A stretch of 41,099 nucleotides of DNA from a virus (IMGVR_UViG_3300024331_000005:1-41099); one strand, 5' to 3'. Shown: positions 9,194 through 18,859, counted from the first letter of the stretch. Notes: generated from the sequence alone by a model not told the origin. Numbers and translations: made by a program.

Positions 9194-9595
9194 TTAGCGC
9201 GGCGGATTTGGGTTAAGGCGAACTTTGAGTGGATCACCAGAAACAGAGATGGCGGCTATGTCTTGCTCGCGACAGAGAAGATATTGCTTTCCATCCAAAG
9301 TAATCGGCTCGCCGCCTGAGTTATAACGACCAAAAATCACCCAATCGCCTACTTTGAGCGATGTAGGTACAAGATGCCCATGCTGCGTATGTCCGGCTGC
9401 ATCCAAAAATGTGCTATAGATGCGTCCCGGCCCAACAGCTACAACGCGTCCGCTCGGAAATTTTGCCTCATCTCCTGGCAGAAAAATTCCTCCCTTGGAG
9501 ACTTCTTCTTTCAGTTGCTCGACAATCACAATATCGCTGATTGCGCGCAGCGGGAATTCTTCGGCCTGAGTAAGCGGGACAACATTGCTTTGCAT
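9194..9595 (-). CDS. groES: Co-chaperonin GroES (Cpn10)
   Basis: LRAISDIVIV..SKGGIFLP..GRVVAVGPG..LKVGDWVIF..Y..G..I.LDGKQYLL.RE.DI. Confidence 0.92.
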   Translation of the reverse strand: MQSNVVPLTQAEEFPLRAISDIVIVEQLKEEVSKGGIFLPGDEAKFPSGRVVAVGPGRIYSTFLDAAGHTQHGHLVPTSLKVGDWVIFGRYNSGGEPITLDGKQYLLCREQDIAAISVSGDPLKVRLNPNPPR

Positions 9596-9688
9596 TGAAA
9601 ACCCCTTATAAGTGCGTTAAAATGACGAAGCCAGCATAGGCGCGACAACGCCCGCTGGCTTCTGACCAATCAGTGAAAGGCAATTCAC

Positions 9689-10183
9689 ATGACGGCTAAA
9701 GCGGATGTTACCGCAGAATATTTGCGCGAATACTTCATTTACGACAAAGGCACGGGCCTTTTCATAAATCGCAAAAAACGATGGCTGGCACTCGCCGGTC
9801 AGGTCGTGGGACAAATAAACGCCGTTGGCTATTTGGTAGTCGGTATTCATGACCGATCCTGGCTTCTGCATCGGCTTGCATTTTTGTATGTCACCGGAGA
9901 ATGGCCGAAGAATCATGTTGACCATATTGATGGCAATAAACTTAATAATCGCTGGGGGAATCTGCGTGATGTTTCTCAGGAATTGAATACTCAAAATGTT
10001 AAGACTCATCGCAAACACAACAAACTTGGCGTACTTGGCGTTCAAAAAACTCCTTCCGGAAGTTTTATGGCGAGAGTAGTTGTTAAGGGAAAATCGTTTA
10101 CAAAAAACTTTGCAACGCTCGAAGAGGCGCAGGAACATTACCTCGCTCTTAAGCGATTTCTTCATGAAGGAAATACTCTCTGA
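9689..10183 (+). CDS. HNH homing endonuclease with AP2-like C-terminus, antisense within the late operon
   Basis: HRLAFLY..GEWP..VDHIDGNKLNNRWGNLR; C-terminal GVLGV..F.ARV..F.T.EEA; lower GC; AAAGG RBS. Confidence 0.9.
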   Translation: MTAKADVTAEYLREYFIYDKGTGLFINRKKRWLALAGQVVGQINAVGYLVVGIHDRSWLLHRLAFLYVTGEWPKNHVDHIDGNKLNNRWGNLRDVSQELNTQNVKTHRKHNKLGVLGVQKTPSGSFMARVVVKGKSFTKNFATLEEAQEHYLALKRFLHEGNTL

Positions 10184-10202
10184 CTTAACGTAAGTCATTG
10201 AT

Positions 10203-10901
10203 TTAGAAGCCTTTGTATAAAAAACTGTTCGAAATGTTACTTGATGTATCGAAGGGACAATCCATCTCCATCACCATCACATTCGTATCCGTCAGCCTGT
10301 TCTGTGCCTCAGTAGCCAAGCGCCGTACATCCGCAGGCACAGGCGCATTCCCCTTGAATGACGGCCAAATATCAACGGACAAGGCATCGACCATGAATTT
10401 CTCGTAACCGGCAGGCAGTTGCAAATTGCTGGTCAACGTCATTGCCGCAGGCGTGATGCGATTGCGTGAAACGATGGTGCATAGGAATGCAGCGTAAGGC
10501 GTCGGATAAAACGAAAATATCCCGTCAGGAAAATCGGGATTGTAAAAACACTGATTCGGAATCCCTTGCGTTGCCTTGAATGGGATTGCATCAAACTTTT
10601 GCTGATCGATTAGATCAACGTCATAGTCGATGCCGGATAGCGTGAGGAAAATCGAATCCAGGCTAACCGGGCGCCCCGCAACAGTAAGCAGCGTGGTTAG
10701 ATACGTATTCACCGCTGCCGTCATGGTGAAACTGTCGTTTGTCGTGTTGTAAACGATGAAATTATCGTTTGCAAACGAGTCCATCATCCGTTGGAATCGA
10801 CGCAATGCCAATTGCATGCTGGCGTTGTCGATTACCTCATCCTGGCCCTTGATGGTAGAGCCGTAGAATGCGTCTTGGATGATGGTCGATACAGCAGTCA
10901 T
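10203..10901 (-). CDS. Head-tail connector, P22 gp4-like
   Basis: AL.R...MMDSF, GIP...FYNP.FP.G...FYP.P and LPAGY motifs; lies between coat and gp10-like genes. Confidence 0.7.
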   Translation of the reverse strand: MTAVSTIIQDAFYGSTIKGQDEVIDNASMQLALRRFQRMMDSFANDNFIVYNTTNDSFTMTAAVNTYLTTLLTVAGRPVSLDSIFLTLSGIDYDVDLIDQQKFDAIPFKATQGIPNQCFYNPDFPDGIFSFYPTPYAAFLCTIVSRNRITPAAMTLTSNLQLPAGYEKFMVDALSVDIWPSFKGNAPVPADVRRLATEAQNRLTDTNVMVMEMDCPFDTSSNISNSFLYKGF

Positions 10902-11465
10902 TTAGTCGGCCTTGGGCGGGCGACCGGGGCCGCGTTTTTCAGTTGCATCACGCGCGGCAAGTGCGGCGGTTACAGCGGCGGCAATGCGTTCCTGCAACTT
11001 CGCTTCATCGGCAGCGGCCTGCTCCTTCCGCGATGCCTCTGCGGCTTCTTCTGCGACCTTTTGGGCGGCTTTCTGCGCTTCCGCGTCTTTCTCTGCCTGC
11101 GCATCGATCATGGCCTGTACGGGCGATCCATTCAGGCGCAATTGTTCCTCGACGGATGGAGCGCCGATGTAACCGAATGCGGATGGCGAGTGCTTCCAGT
11201 CCGATCCGAGGCGATCATCCTCTTCTTTCGAGTTGACCATTTTCGTCACAATCTGACTGCCTTTGCCGCCCGGTTGCGCATAACGAACCGATGGGTAAGG
11301 CTGAAACACATACGGCTTTTCCGGCTCAAGTTTGCCATTTGGCAGCTTCTTGCCGAAATACTTACGCGGCGGCGTTTCCCATTCTTCGGACGGCATTTCG
11401 GCAGGACCGGGAATGGCCGAATAGTCGATCAGGGGATTGCCAGTAGTTACGGTATCGTTTTCCAT
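10902..11465 (-). CDS. Post-capsid protein with C-terminal AT-hook-like KRGPGRPPK
   Basis: Start MENDT at 11465 with GGAG RBS; A/E-rich helix; GRP motif at the end. Confidence 0.7.
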   Translation of the reverse strand: MENDTVTTGNPLIDYSAIPGPAEMPSEEWETPPRKYFGKKLPNGKLEPEKPYVFQPYPSVRYAQPGGKGSQIVTKMVNSKEEDDRLGSDWKHSPSAFGYIGAPSVEEQLRLNGSPVQAMIDAQAEKDAEAQKAAQKVAEEAAEASRKEQAAADEAKLQERIAAAVTAALAARDATEKRGPGRPPKAD

Positions 11466-11474
11466 TGATTCTCC

Positions 11475-11501
11475 AAAAAGCAGGGGACCGAAGTCCCCCG
11501 C
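11475..11501 (-). terminator. Rho-independent terminator after the coat gene
   Basis: GCGGGGGAC-TTCG-GTCCCCTGC followed by TTTTT on the minus strand. Confidence 0.85.
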
Positions 11502-11505
11502 TCGG

Positions 11506-12759
11506 TTAAGCGCCCACCTGTTGCACAGCCTGCTCTGGGTAGGGGGTGGCCCACCCATACAAAGCGTCAACCCGATTACCCACGGTATCCGAGGAAATTG
11601 CAGCTTGGCGGAAGGTCCGCAGGCTGAAACCCTCGAAACTTTGCACGCTGCCCCAGCCGCCAAACATCGCCAGGTCTTGCATGCGGACAACGGCAAGCTC
11701 AAACGCGTCCGGATGCCATGCGAGGTTACGCACGTAGCCGGTTGCGGCAGTACCGTTGATGGTCAGAACCTGATTGTCAGCGGCGGCATTGCTGGCATTC
11801 TGGAACGGGCCGCCGTAGATCAGCGCGGGCGAGTGGCTGATAGTCATGTTGCCAGACGCATCAGTCGAACCGGCTGCGACTACGGTAAATTGCAGCAGGT
11901 CAAACGTCGCTGCGCCAGTTGCCACGCGGGTAACAGGGTTCACGCCATACACGCCAGCGATGGTGAAGTTATCGCCAACGTTCAGACGTTGCGCAGCCGC
12001 ACCGGTCCAAGTGTCAGTCACCAGAGTACCGATGTTGGCCCAGCCGGTAGCCAGCCCTTGCGAAGCGCCGTTAGTCTGCGGAGCGCCACCCAAAGCGCCG
12101 ACAGTCTGACGCGCCACGTTTTGCGACATGGCGATTTTCAGGCCGATGGTGTTGGTTGCGTCCACAAACATGCCTTCTTCGTACTGCTTGGCGATCAGGT
12201 TTTGCGCCTGAAAGAAGCCAGTCAGCGCGGCGACTTGCGCGGCATTGGAAGTCGGGTCCATGACGAAATAACGCTCGCCGTCGCGGGGGACGGAGAAGTT
12301 ATCCATCTTGCGGCCAATGTCGAACAGGAAAGACTGCGTGTTCGGCGCGGTGCCAGCCGTACCAGTCAGCGGGCCAACCGTGTTTTTGGCGTTGATGTAA
12401 CCGTCCTGGTCGATCTGCGTCCCGAGTTGAATCATCGCGGGTTTGATGACGCGATTGCTGAAATCCTGCTCCTTCAAGGTCATGTCCGCAGAAGTAAACG
12501 CCGTATCGACGTGCTTTTGCGAGTTGATGACCAAAGGAATGCTAGTTTCCACGTAGTCCTGCGCGTTGAACGCTTGACCGTTGGAAATCAAGGCGCGCCA
12601 CGGGCGGCGAATGTTGATCGTGTCACCGATCTTCATGTCATCCTTGGCGAAATCCTTTTCATGGTCGCGCGAGACGCGTTTACCGAAAACGATGTTGTTA
12701 TTCAGGGAGCGCAGGCACTCCTTGGTATACATCACCGGGTTCTGGAAAATATTGCTCAT
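11506..12759 (-). CDS. Major capsid protein, P22 gp5-like
   Basis: KIGDTINIRRP, QKHVD..F.S.D.TL, GD.FTIAGV, NLAWHPDAF.L and R.D.LYG motifs. Confidence 0.95.
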   Translation of the reverse strand: MSNIFQNPVMYTKECLRSLNNNIVFGKRVSRDHEKDFAKDDMKIGDTINIRRPWRALISNGQAFNAQDYVETSIPLVINSQKHVDTAFTSADMTLKEQDFSNRVIKPAMIQLGTQIDQDGYINAKNTVGPLTGTAGTAPNTQSFLFDIGRKMDNFSVPRDGERYFVMDPTSNAAQVAALTGFFQAQNLIAKQYEEGMFVDATNTIGLKIAMSQNVARQTVGALGGAPQTNGASQGLATGWANIGTLVTDTWTGAAAQRLNVGDNFTIAGVYGVNPVTRVATGAATFDLLQFTVVAAGSTDASGNMTISHSPALIYGGPFQNASNAAADNQVLTINGTAATGYVRNLAWHPDAFELAVVRMQDLAMFGGWGSVQSFEGFSLRTFRQAAISSDTVGNRVDALYGWATPYPEQAVQQVGA

Positions 12760-12766
12760 GGTTTCC

Positions 12767-13645
12767 TCATTTCATATGCTTTGCCGCCCAAGCAAAATAC
12801 TGATCCGGGTCAGACGGTGGGCCATTGCTGGCCGCTGGTTTCGTCGTTACGGTTTTGCCTGGTGCTGGCGCGTTGGATGATTTCGAGGGAGCCGCTTTGA
12901 GCGTGGCCGATAGTTGGCCCAGAATGACGCCGTGCATGGCGGGATCGTCAGCATATTGCCAAAACTGCTTGGCAAGGTCTGGCTGCTTTGCGATGTGATA
13001 GGCGATCAGCGGTCCATCTGGCATCTTTTGAATCAAGTTAAGCGCGGTCGTCGGTACACTGACGTTCGCATCTTCCATGACTTCAAAATAGTCCGGAATG
13101 GTCTTGGCTATATCAGCCTGACGCGATGCATAACTTCTGCGGGTTTCGATGACGGCGCGTTCTGCCGCTACCTTGTCCGCTGCTTCGCGCTGCGCCTTGC
13201 TGGACTGTTCAAATAGCGTCTTGGCTTCCTGTTGGGCGACATACCGCGCGTCGGCCCGCAAGTATTCCTCGTAGCTGGCAAACTGTTCACGCTGGGGCGC
13301 TGCATCTACTGCCGGTCCGCTTGTCGCGCCGCTCTTACCTTCCAAAAGCGCAAGGATTCGCGCATTCTGTTGGGCTAGTTCATCGGCGCGCTTTCGCTCA
13401 GCATGCTTATCGGCGGTCAGTTCATCAATCCGCTTTTGCACGCCACGCGACTGCTTTTCGGCGCGCTTGGCACTTGCTTCCGCTGCCTCACGCTGCACAC
13501 GTTCATTCTTCTGCCCGTCGGTTTCCTCGACGTTTTCCGGCGCGCCTGCGTCACCAGTTTTTACTGACTCATCGCCAGTTTCAGGCAAAGCGGTAGCGGG
13601 GTCCGTCGCTACGTCCGGTACTTCTACTTCTGTTTCTTCCGACAT
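12767..13645 (-). CDS. Scaffolding protein
   Basis: Acidic and coiled-coil; GVQKRIDELT, P.RE.F.SYEEY, PD...V, GP.IAY.IA, S.AP.P motifs; precedes the coat gene. Confidence 0.85.
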   Translation of the reverse strand: MSEETEVEVPDVATDPATALPETGDESVKTGDAGAPENVEETDGQKNERVQREAAEASAKRAEKQSRGVQKRIDELTADKHAERKRADELAQQNARILALLEGKSGATSGPAVDAAPQREQFASYEEYLRADARYVAQQEAKTLFEQSSKAQREAADKVAAERAVIETRRSYASRQADIAKTIPDYFEVMEDANVSVPTTALNLIQKMPDGPLIAYHIAKQPDLAKQFWQYADDPAMHGVILGQLSATLKAAPSKSSNAPAPGKTVTTKPAASNGPPSDPDQYFAWAAKHMK

Positions 13646-13712
13646 GGATTACATCTCCAAGAATCGCCCGTAGGCAACCCGGTCATAGGCAGGCCGGTAC
13701 GCCTTATTGCGT

Positions 13713-14432
13713 TTATTGCAGGAACGCTTGCATGCTGACAAGCTGAATCGTTTCAGTGCCCGTCGCCTTGGTGCAGGTAACGACGATTTCCGTTTCCAGT
13801 TGCTGATAGGCGCGGGTAAGCGACGTGTAAGCAGTGGTGGAAGTGCCGTAGTAGCCAGTCGTTCCAGCGCCCAGCCCTTCCAGCGTTGCGCCGTCGCCTT
13901 GACCTTCGAATGCCGCGTCGAAGTTGTAATTGAGAACGTTCGCCAGCGATGGCGAGGCGAAGAACAGGTTACCGGCCAGACCATTCATACGGCAGTTCAT
14001 CGTCTTGGCGTTGGCGCTGTTCGTCATGTTCGCCGATGCCTTGACGAGACACTTGAAGTTCGCAGGCAGCGAGTTCGGCGCGAGGCGGAACGAAAACAGC
14101 ACTTGCTCAGACGTGGAGTTCGCTGAATCGATGGTCACGCCGTTGTTGATGAGTTGTCCCTGCATGCCGGGGATCACCATGTCAGACAGCACGCCAACCG
14201 CGTTTTGCGTGGTCGCGGTGATCTGGTAATACTGGTTCACGTCCGGGCGATACGATTGCGCCGTGGTGGACGAGCTAATCACCGCCGAGAACGGACCTGC
14301 TGGGTTGCTGGCTACCAGAAGCGAAACGCTGCCCCCCTGCAATTGCGGGGCCACACAGATGCTTTGGTTTGCCAGGATGGTCTGCACAGCAGAAGTGGTG
14401 CCGGACGAAACGCGGGTAATGATGGTGGACAT
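13713..14432 (-). CDS. Putative head decoration/minor virion protein
   Basis: S/T/A/G-rich beta-type protein between portal and scaffold, AAAGGA RBS; function inferred from position only. Confidence 0.55.
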   Translation of the reverse strand: MSTIITRVSSGTTSAVQTILANQSICVAPQLQGGSVSLLVASNPAGPFSAVISSSTTAQSYRPDVNQYYQITATTQNAVGVLSDMVIPGMQGQLINNGVTIDSANSTSEQVLFSFRLAPNSLPANFKCLVKASANMTNSANAKTMNCRMNGLAGNLFFASPSLANVLNYNFDAAFEGQGDGATLEGLGAGTTGYYGTSTTAYTSLTRAYQQLETEIVVTCTKATGTETIQLVSMQAFLQ

Positions 14433-14469
14433 GATGTTTCCTTTACTGGTTTACTGGTTTGAAGTGTTG

Positions 14470-16776
14470 CTATGTACTGCTTGAATCTCCGGAGGGTTCC
14501 GGCTTTGCTGCGTTATCGTCTGACGTAACTGGTGCTGTAGCGGCAATGTGAATCTGCGCGCCTGCGTTGATCTGCGCGACTTCGAGAGCGGTTTCGCGCT
14601 GGATCATCGCTACCTGAATTGCGCGGTCATGATCAAGGCGCGCTTTTTCCAGTTCGGCCTCATGGTCCAGTTGGGCGGCAATCGCTTTCTGTCGCGCCTC
14701 GAATTCGGCTTCGTGTGAGCGTATCGTGGCGTCCTGCGCGGCGATCTGCTGACGGGCTTGCGCATCAATCTGCGCAGCCTGCAATTTCACCTGTGCGCCG
14801 GACTCAAGAGATTTAATCTTTTCGTCCATCGCCTGCATGGTCTGCGCGGCCTGATCCAGATGCGCCTGTTGCTCCTGAATCTTGGCTGCGACCTTCGGGT
14901 CTAGCGGCTTTTGGCCCTGTTCCTTCGCCTGAATCTGCTGTTGGATCGGCGGCGGCAACATGATTTTCAGGCGATCCGCAATTACATCGGCATCCGGAAT
15001 ATCCTGCGCGCGGATAACCAGGTCGCCAGCGATTTGCATCAAGGGCGGATAGGCAGACACCAAATCGGACAGAAGCGACGCGGTTTCCTGCCGTTTTGTC
15101 GCGTATCCCGGCCCTGCTTGCGAGGTGACAGCATAGTCCGCACTGTTCGCGCCGCTGATGTTGCTTTCCTTGATGGCTTTCAGGGCTTGCGCATCAAGGT
15201 CGGGCGCTTGCTGATTGATTGTTACTTGCCTGCGCGTTTCATCGAGTCCGACGATATGCACGATACGCTCTGTATCGTAGTAGGGCGGGATACATTCCAG
15301 CAAAATCCGGCCAGTCAGCGCGATGGCGCGAGATAGGTTATCGACGTAGTTAAACGTCGCATTGTTGCCCTGCTGCTTGCGCTCGTTGATTGCCTTGCCG
15401 CTAATCTCTTGACCTTTTTGCCCAAGCGATTGCTCATACATGCCGATGGTGCTTTTAATCATCTGCACCATCGTTTGACACCAGTTTATGTAACCGGCAT
15501 CGGGCACGGAGGGTTCATTGCGCTGCGGCGGCTGCAATCCGGCAGGCGTGGTGCCATCGTCAAGGAAAGCGTTGTATGGCAGGTAAGACAGGTTCTTAAC
15601 GTTCGCCTGTTTCCAGAAATTCTCGTAACCCTTGACCTGTTCGGCGGTCAGAATCCAGGGGGTGCGCGGCGTCAGGGACAGGCGTATGGCCTGCTGCGTC
15701 ATGCCAAAATTGAGCATGGACTGAGCATCGCGGGCGTGCCGTGTAAGACCCTGATAGATACGCTTGCCGTCAAGCATCAAGTCATCGCCGACAGTGCCGA
15801 TAACCGGAATGATCGTGCCGGGCCAATCGTATTTTTCTAGAATCTGCTGGCCGCCCGCGATCTTGTACCACTCGACTGACCATTCATCGCACTCACGTTC
15901 GCGGGCGATGTAAACCTGCGCGCCGGTTTTTGGATCAATCGGCCATGATTCTTCTGGCGGGAGTTCGTCTTTCCAACCCTGCGCGCCGTCCGACATGAGA
16001 ACTTTGGTTCTCGTTTTGCAGACGCGGCGGTAATAGTCGGCAACCACTACCTTGTTATCTGTCGGCGTCCAATACGTTTCCTTGGAATCAAAACTGATTG
16101 GATCGGCTTTCGGCCACTGGCGCTTAAACTCCTCATCTTCAAGCACCTCGACAACAAAAACAAAAAGCCGGTCGCTGCCATCCGGGTTTTGATAACCAGT
16201 ATGGGCATAAACCGTATTGCTATCCAGAATCGGCTCAATCACCAGTTTCTGGTTGTCGAAGCTGCCATCTTCGGCATACTTCGAGCAAACGCGCCACCAG
16301 CCACGGCCACCGACTACGGATTGCTGGAATCCATTATCGTAGGCCGCATCTGCTTTCGAGTCATACTCAATCGCGCGGATCATGCCTTGCAGGATTTCGG
16401 CGACCTCTTTGCTCGCTTCGCCACCTGCTGGATGGATGCGAATGCCAGGGCGATTCTGCCGCTGATCGTTGACTACCTGCGCGACGAATTGCTTGAGTTG
16501 GTTGAACTCTAGGCAAATTTCCTTGTTGCTAGTACGCTCGCGGCGCACGGTATCGGGCCACTGCTGGCCGGGCGAATAGACAAACAGCGTATCGGTACGC
16601 TGTGATTCGTGATTGTCCTTATCGTCCTGACTGATACGTTGGAAACGCTCGCGCGCTTCTTCTAGGATATCTTCGTCGGCATCGTTATCGCCGTCATCGT
16701 CCGGCTTGGCGGTCGCGTTCGCGGCCAGCGTCGAATCGAGGTCCGACAGCGGAAGTTTGGACGATTTAGTAGGCAT
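14470..16776 (-). CDS. Portal protein, P22 gp1-like
   Basis: GQQWP..L.FNQL..V.N.QRQNRP, GGRGWWRV, SGKAI..R..QG, GP.Y.TKRQE; long helical C-terminal barrel. Confidence 0.95.
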   Translation of the reverse strand: MPTKSSKLPLSDLDSTLAANATAKPDDDGDNDADEDILEEARERFQRISQDDKDNHESQRTDTLFVYSPGQQWPDTVRRERTSNKEICLEFNQLKQFVAQVVNDQRQNRPGIRIHPAGGEASKEVAEILQGMIRAIEYDSKADAAYDNGFQQSVVGGRGWWRVCSKYAEDGSFDNQKLVIEPILDSNTVYAHTGYQNPDGSDRLFVFVVEVLEDEEFKRQWPKADPISFDSKETYWTPTDNKVVVADYYRRVCKTRTKVLMSDGAQGWKDELPPEESWPIDPKTGAQVYIARERECDEWSVEWYKIAGGQQILEKYDWPGTIIPVIGTVGDDLMLDGKRIYQGLTRHARDAQSMLNFGMTQQAIRLSLTPRTPWILTAEQVKGYENFWKQANVKNLSYLPYNAFLDDGTTPAGLQPPQRNEPSVPDAGYINWCQTMVQMIKSTIGMYEQSLGQKGQEISGKAINERKQQGNNATFNYVDNLSRAIALTGRILLECIPPYYDTERIVHIVGLDETRRQVTINQQAPDLDAQALKAIKESNISGANSADYAVTSQAGPGYATKRQETASLLSDLVSAYPPLMQIAGDLVIRAQDIPDADVIADRLKIMLPPPIQQQIQAKEQGQKPLDPKVAAKIQEQQAHLDQAAQTMQAMDEKIKSLESGAQVKLQAAQIDAQARQQIAAQDATIRSHEAEFEARQKAIAAQLDHEAELEKARLDHDRAIQVAMIQRETALEVAQINAGAQIHIAATAPVTSDDNAAKPEPSGDSSST

Positions 16777-18118
16777 TATGCACCGGATAACCGCTGCTGG
16801 ACGGCATCAAATCTTCCATCGTCAGCGGCTTACGCTCTTTCGTTGAACGTGCAATGCCAGGGAATAACTCCGACATGAGCCATACGAATGCATCTGCGCG
16901 GTTCGGCGACTTCGCGCCCATGTATCCATTCGTCGTCATGCTGGTGAGTTCTTCCTCTAGTTCTGGAAAATTTCCAGCAAAGCGGATTTTTCCATCTTCG
17001 GTTAGGGCGCTGATCGGTTCGGCGCGTACCACCTTCCCGCGTGATGCGTTGATGAGCTTTACAGAGGCATTTGGTTTTGCGGTGCGCAAGACAAAACGCA
17101 CCATTTCACCGCCGAAGTTCTTTTCAGCGATCATCGAGTCAGCTTCGTGCCGGTCGTAGGCATTTGCCGCGATGCCGCCCCAAATCTTCGGGCCAGCCTT
17201 GCATGTGCAATCTTCGAGAACGTAGCCTTTGCCGTCTACACCGATGCCGCCGACCATGATGCCGATTTCGTCATTGCCCGCGTTATCTACGTCGCCAGAA
17301 CCACTCGGGTCGATGGCAACCACCACGCGCTGCATATCTGGCAAATCTTCCAGCACGCGGTTTTTGTCGATGCTCTCAAGCGTCCACAGCGCGCCAGCCG
17401 TGATATCGGCAAACTTGCCATCTAGAAAACGCTGGCGGATACGAACGGGAAGCCGTGCAAGTTCTTGCAAATAATCTGGCGCGAGGTTCGCCATGTTGTC
17501 GCGCGGATTCATGTAGAGAATCGTATACGCGTCAGGATCGGCGAGAATCTTGCCCGATTCAGGCTCTAACTTGCGGACGAATTGCTTGTAAGTCCAATGC
17601 GCTTGCGAGGGCGGATTTTCGTCGTAATACGCTTTGACCCGCAGCGGCGCGCGCTTGCCTGCGATTTCGTAATCCACCAGTTGCGAAAGCCGAGTCATGG
17701 CGGTAGTCACGGACTGATAGGGAATCTGGCTGCATTCATTGAAAAGAATGGTCGCGTATTCCTTGCCGAGAACCTTTTCAGTGCGGTCCTTGTCATCGAG
17801 GCCGCTAAACCAGACTTCGGACTTGTTCGGAAACAGCGCGTAAAAGTCGCTGCGATTTAACTCGTATTCAACATCCGGGTAACAGAGTTTCATCATCTTC
17901 GGCCATGTGTCCATCATGACCGACTGCTTTACCGCTGAAAATCTGAGCCTGAATATCGCGTGCCGGGATTCAGCGGCAGCAATGGCGCGCATAGCTAGGG
18001 CGCGGCAAGCAATGAATGTCTTGCCGGAGCGCGACCCACCGGCCAGCATGATGTGCTTTGCTTCGCCGCCCAGCATCGCCCATGCTTCGGCCTGTTTCGG
18101 CGTGAGGCTAAAGGACAT
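16766..18118 (-). CDS. terL: Terminase large subunit
   Basis: Walker A GGSRSGKT, ILFNE, NPP, nuclease VAIDPS..DE.GI and SPNRADA. Confidence 0.95.
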   Translation of the reverse strand: MSFSLTPKQAEAWAMLGGEAKHIMLAGGSRSGKTFIACRALAMRAIAAAESRHAIFRLRFSAVKQSVMMDTWPKMMKLCYPDVEYELNRSDFYALFPNKSEVWFSGLDDKDRTEKVLGKEYATILFNECSQIPYQSVTTAMTRLSQLVDYEIAGKRAPLRVKAYYDENPPSQAHWTYKQFVRKLEPESGKILADPDAYTILYMNPRDNMANLAPDYLQELARLPVRIRQRFLDGKFADITAGALWTLESIDKNRVLEDLPDMQRVVVAIDPSGSGDVDNAGNDEIGIMVGGIGVDGKGYVLEDCTCKAGPKIWGGIAANAYDRHEADSMIAEKNFGGEMVRFVLRTAKPNASVKLINASRGKVVRAEPISALTEDGKIRFAGNFPELEEELTSMTTNGYMGAKSPNRADAFVWLMSELFPGIARSTKERKPLTMEDLMPSSSGYPVHNAY

Positions 18119-18425
18119 TCGCGTCGGTAGTTTGCAGAATCAGCGTGAATTTGCCGCCTTCGCTGTCGCCGATGTTCACAGCCTGCGCTGCCTTGCCGTC
18201 CAGGCGATCCGCAAGCTCTTTCACGTATGCAACGTCTCCCGACATGCACTTGCACAGGAATTCGTAAGCCGCACGCTCAATCGCGTTTTTCGGCTTCGGA
18301 TGTGGGCCTTCGCCCTCTTCGCGCTCGATTCGGTGCGCTGCCGTGGCTAGGGCCAAACGCCAGCGCCCTTTAGGCAATTCCGCTTTCGGCGGAAGCGATG
18401 CGTAGGTATGCTCTTTCGTAGTCAT
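18108..18425 (-). CDS. terS: Terminase small subunit
   Basis: GD....KELADRLDGKA.Q motif; overlaps the terL start. Confidence 0.75.
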   Translation of the reverse strand: MTTKEHTYASLPPKAELPKGRWRLALATAAHRIEREEGEGPHPKPKNAIERAAYEFLCKCMSGDVAYVKELADRLDGKAAQAVNIGDSEGGKFTLILQTTDANVL

Positions 18426-18610
18426 GAAATTGCCTCGACCAAGGGGCGATTTACTTCGATTAGGAATTTATGCCATGCCCCGTAAAGGATCATTTCAGCC
18501 AAATCACCGTTGCCGTCTTTCACTTTCTTTTCGGCCTCGGCAACTACTGCGGGCATCTCATCTTGTAAGCGCATAGCGTATGCGCCCAATTCCTGGGTGT
18601 TTAATTTCAT
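18422..18610 (-). CDS. Hypothetical protein
   Basis: ORF coupled by an ATGA overlap to terS. Confidence 0.6.
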   Translation of the reverse strand: MKLNTQELGAYAMRLQDEMPAVVAEAEKKVKDGNGDLAEMILYGAWHKFLIEVNRPLVEAIS

Positions 18611-18670
18611 GATTTACCCCGCGACGGGTCGGTTAGCGCGTGCTGCCATGCGGAACCGCCGCAAGTCGGA

Positions 18671-18859
18671 TCAAGCAATAATCTTTTTACCTGGAAAAAC
18701 TAGACGGTATGAATCATCGTCAACCATGTAAAGTTCAGCCATTTCTCCCGTATCACGATGTTTATATTCAATCGTATGGCTTGCAATCATCGGCAAACGA
18801 TCAAAGTCTTTCAAAACACGCTGATAGTCTTCGTTTGTTTTCAATTGTTCGGAAGTCAT
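18671..18859 (-). CDS. Hypothetical protein
   Basis: ATGA coupling with the upstream ORF. Confidence 0.55.
   Translation of the reverse strand: MTSEQLKTNEDYQRVLKDFDRLPMIASHTIEYKHRDTGEMAELYMVDDDSYRLVFPGKKIIA

Noticed and set aside
9617-10198. 193-aa minus-strand ORF
   Set aside because: Antisense shadow of the clear HNH gene.
11437-12900. 487-aa plus-strand ORF
   Set aside because: Antisense shadow of the coat gene with no recognisable motifs.
18614-18673. TGA readthrough or SECIS-like hairpin after ORF 18671-18859
   Set aside because: The stem is imperfect, there is no redox motif context, and TGA is used as a normal coupled stop throughout the genome.
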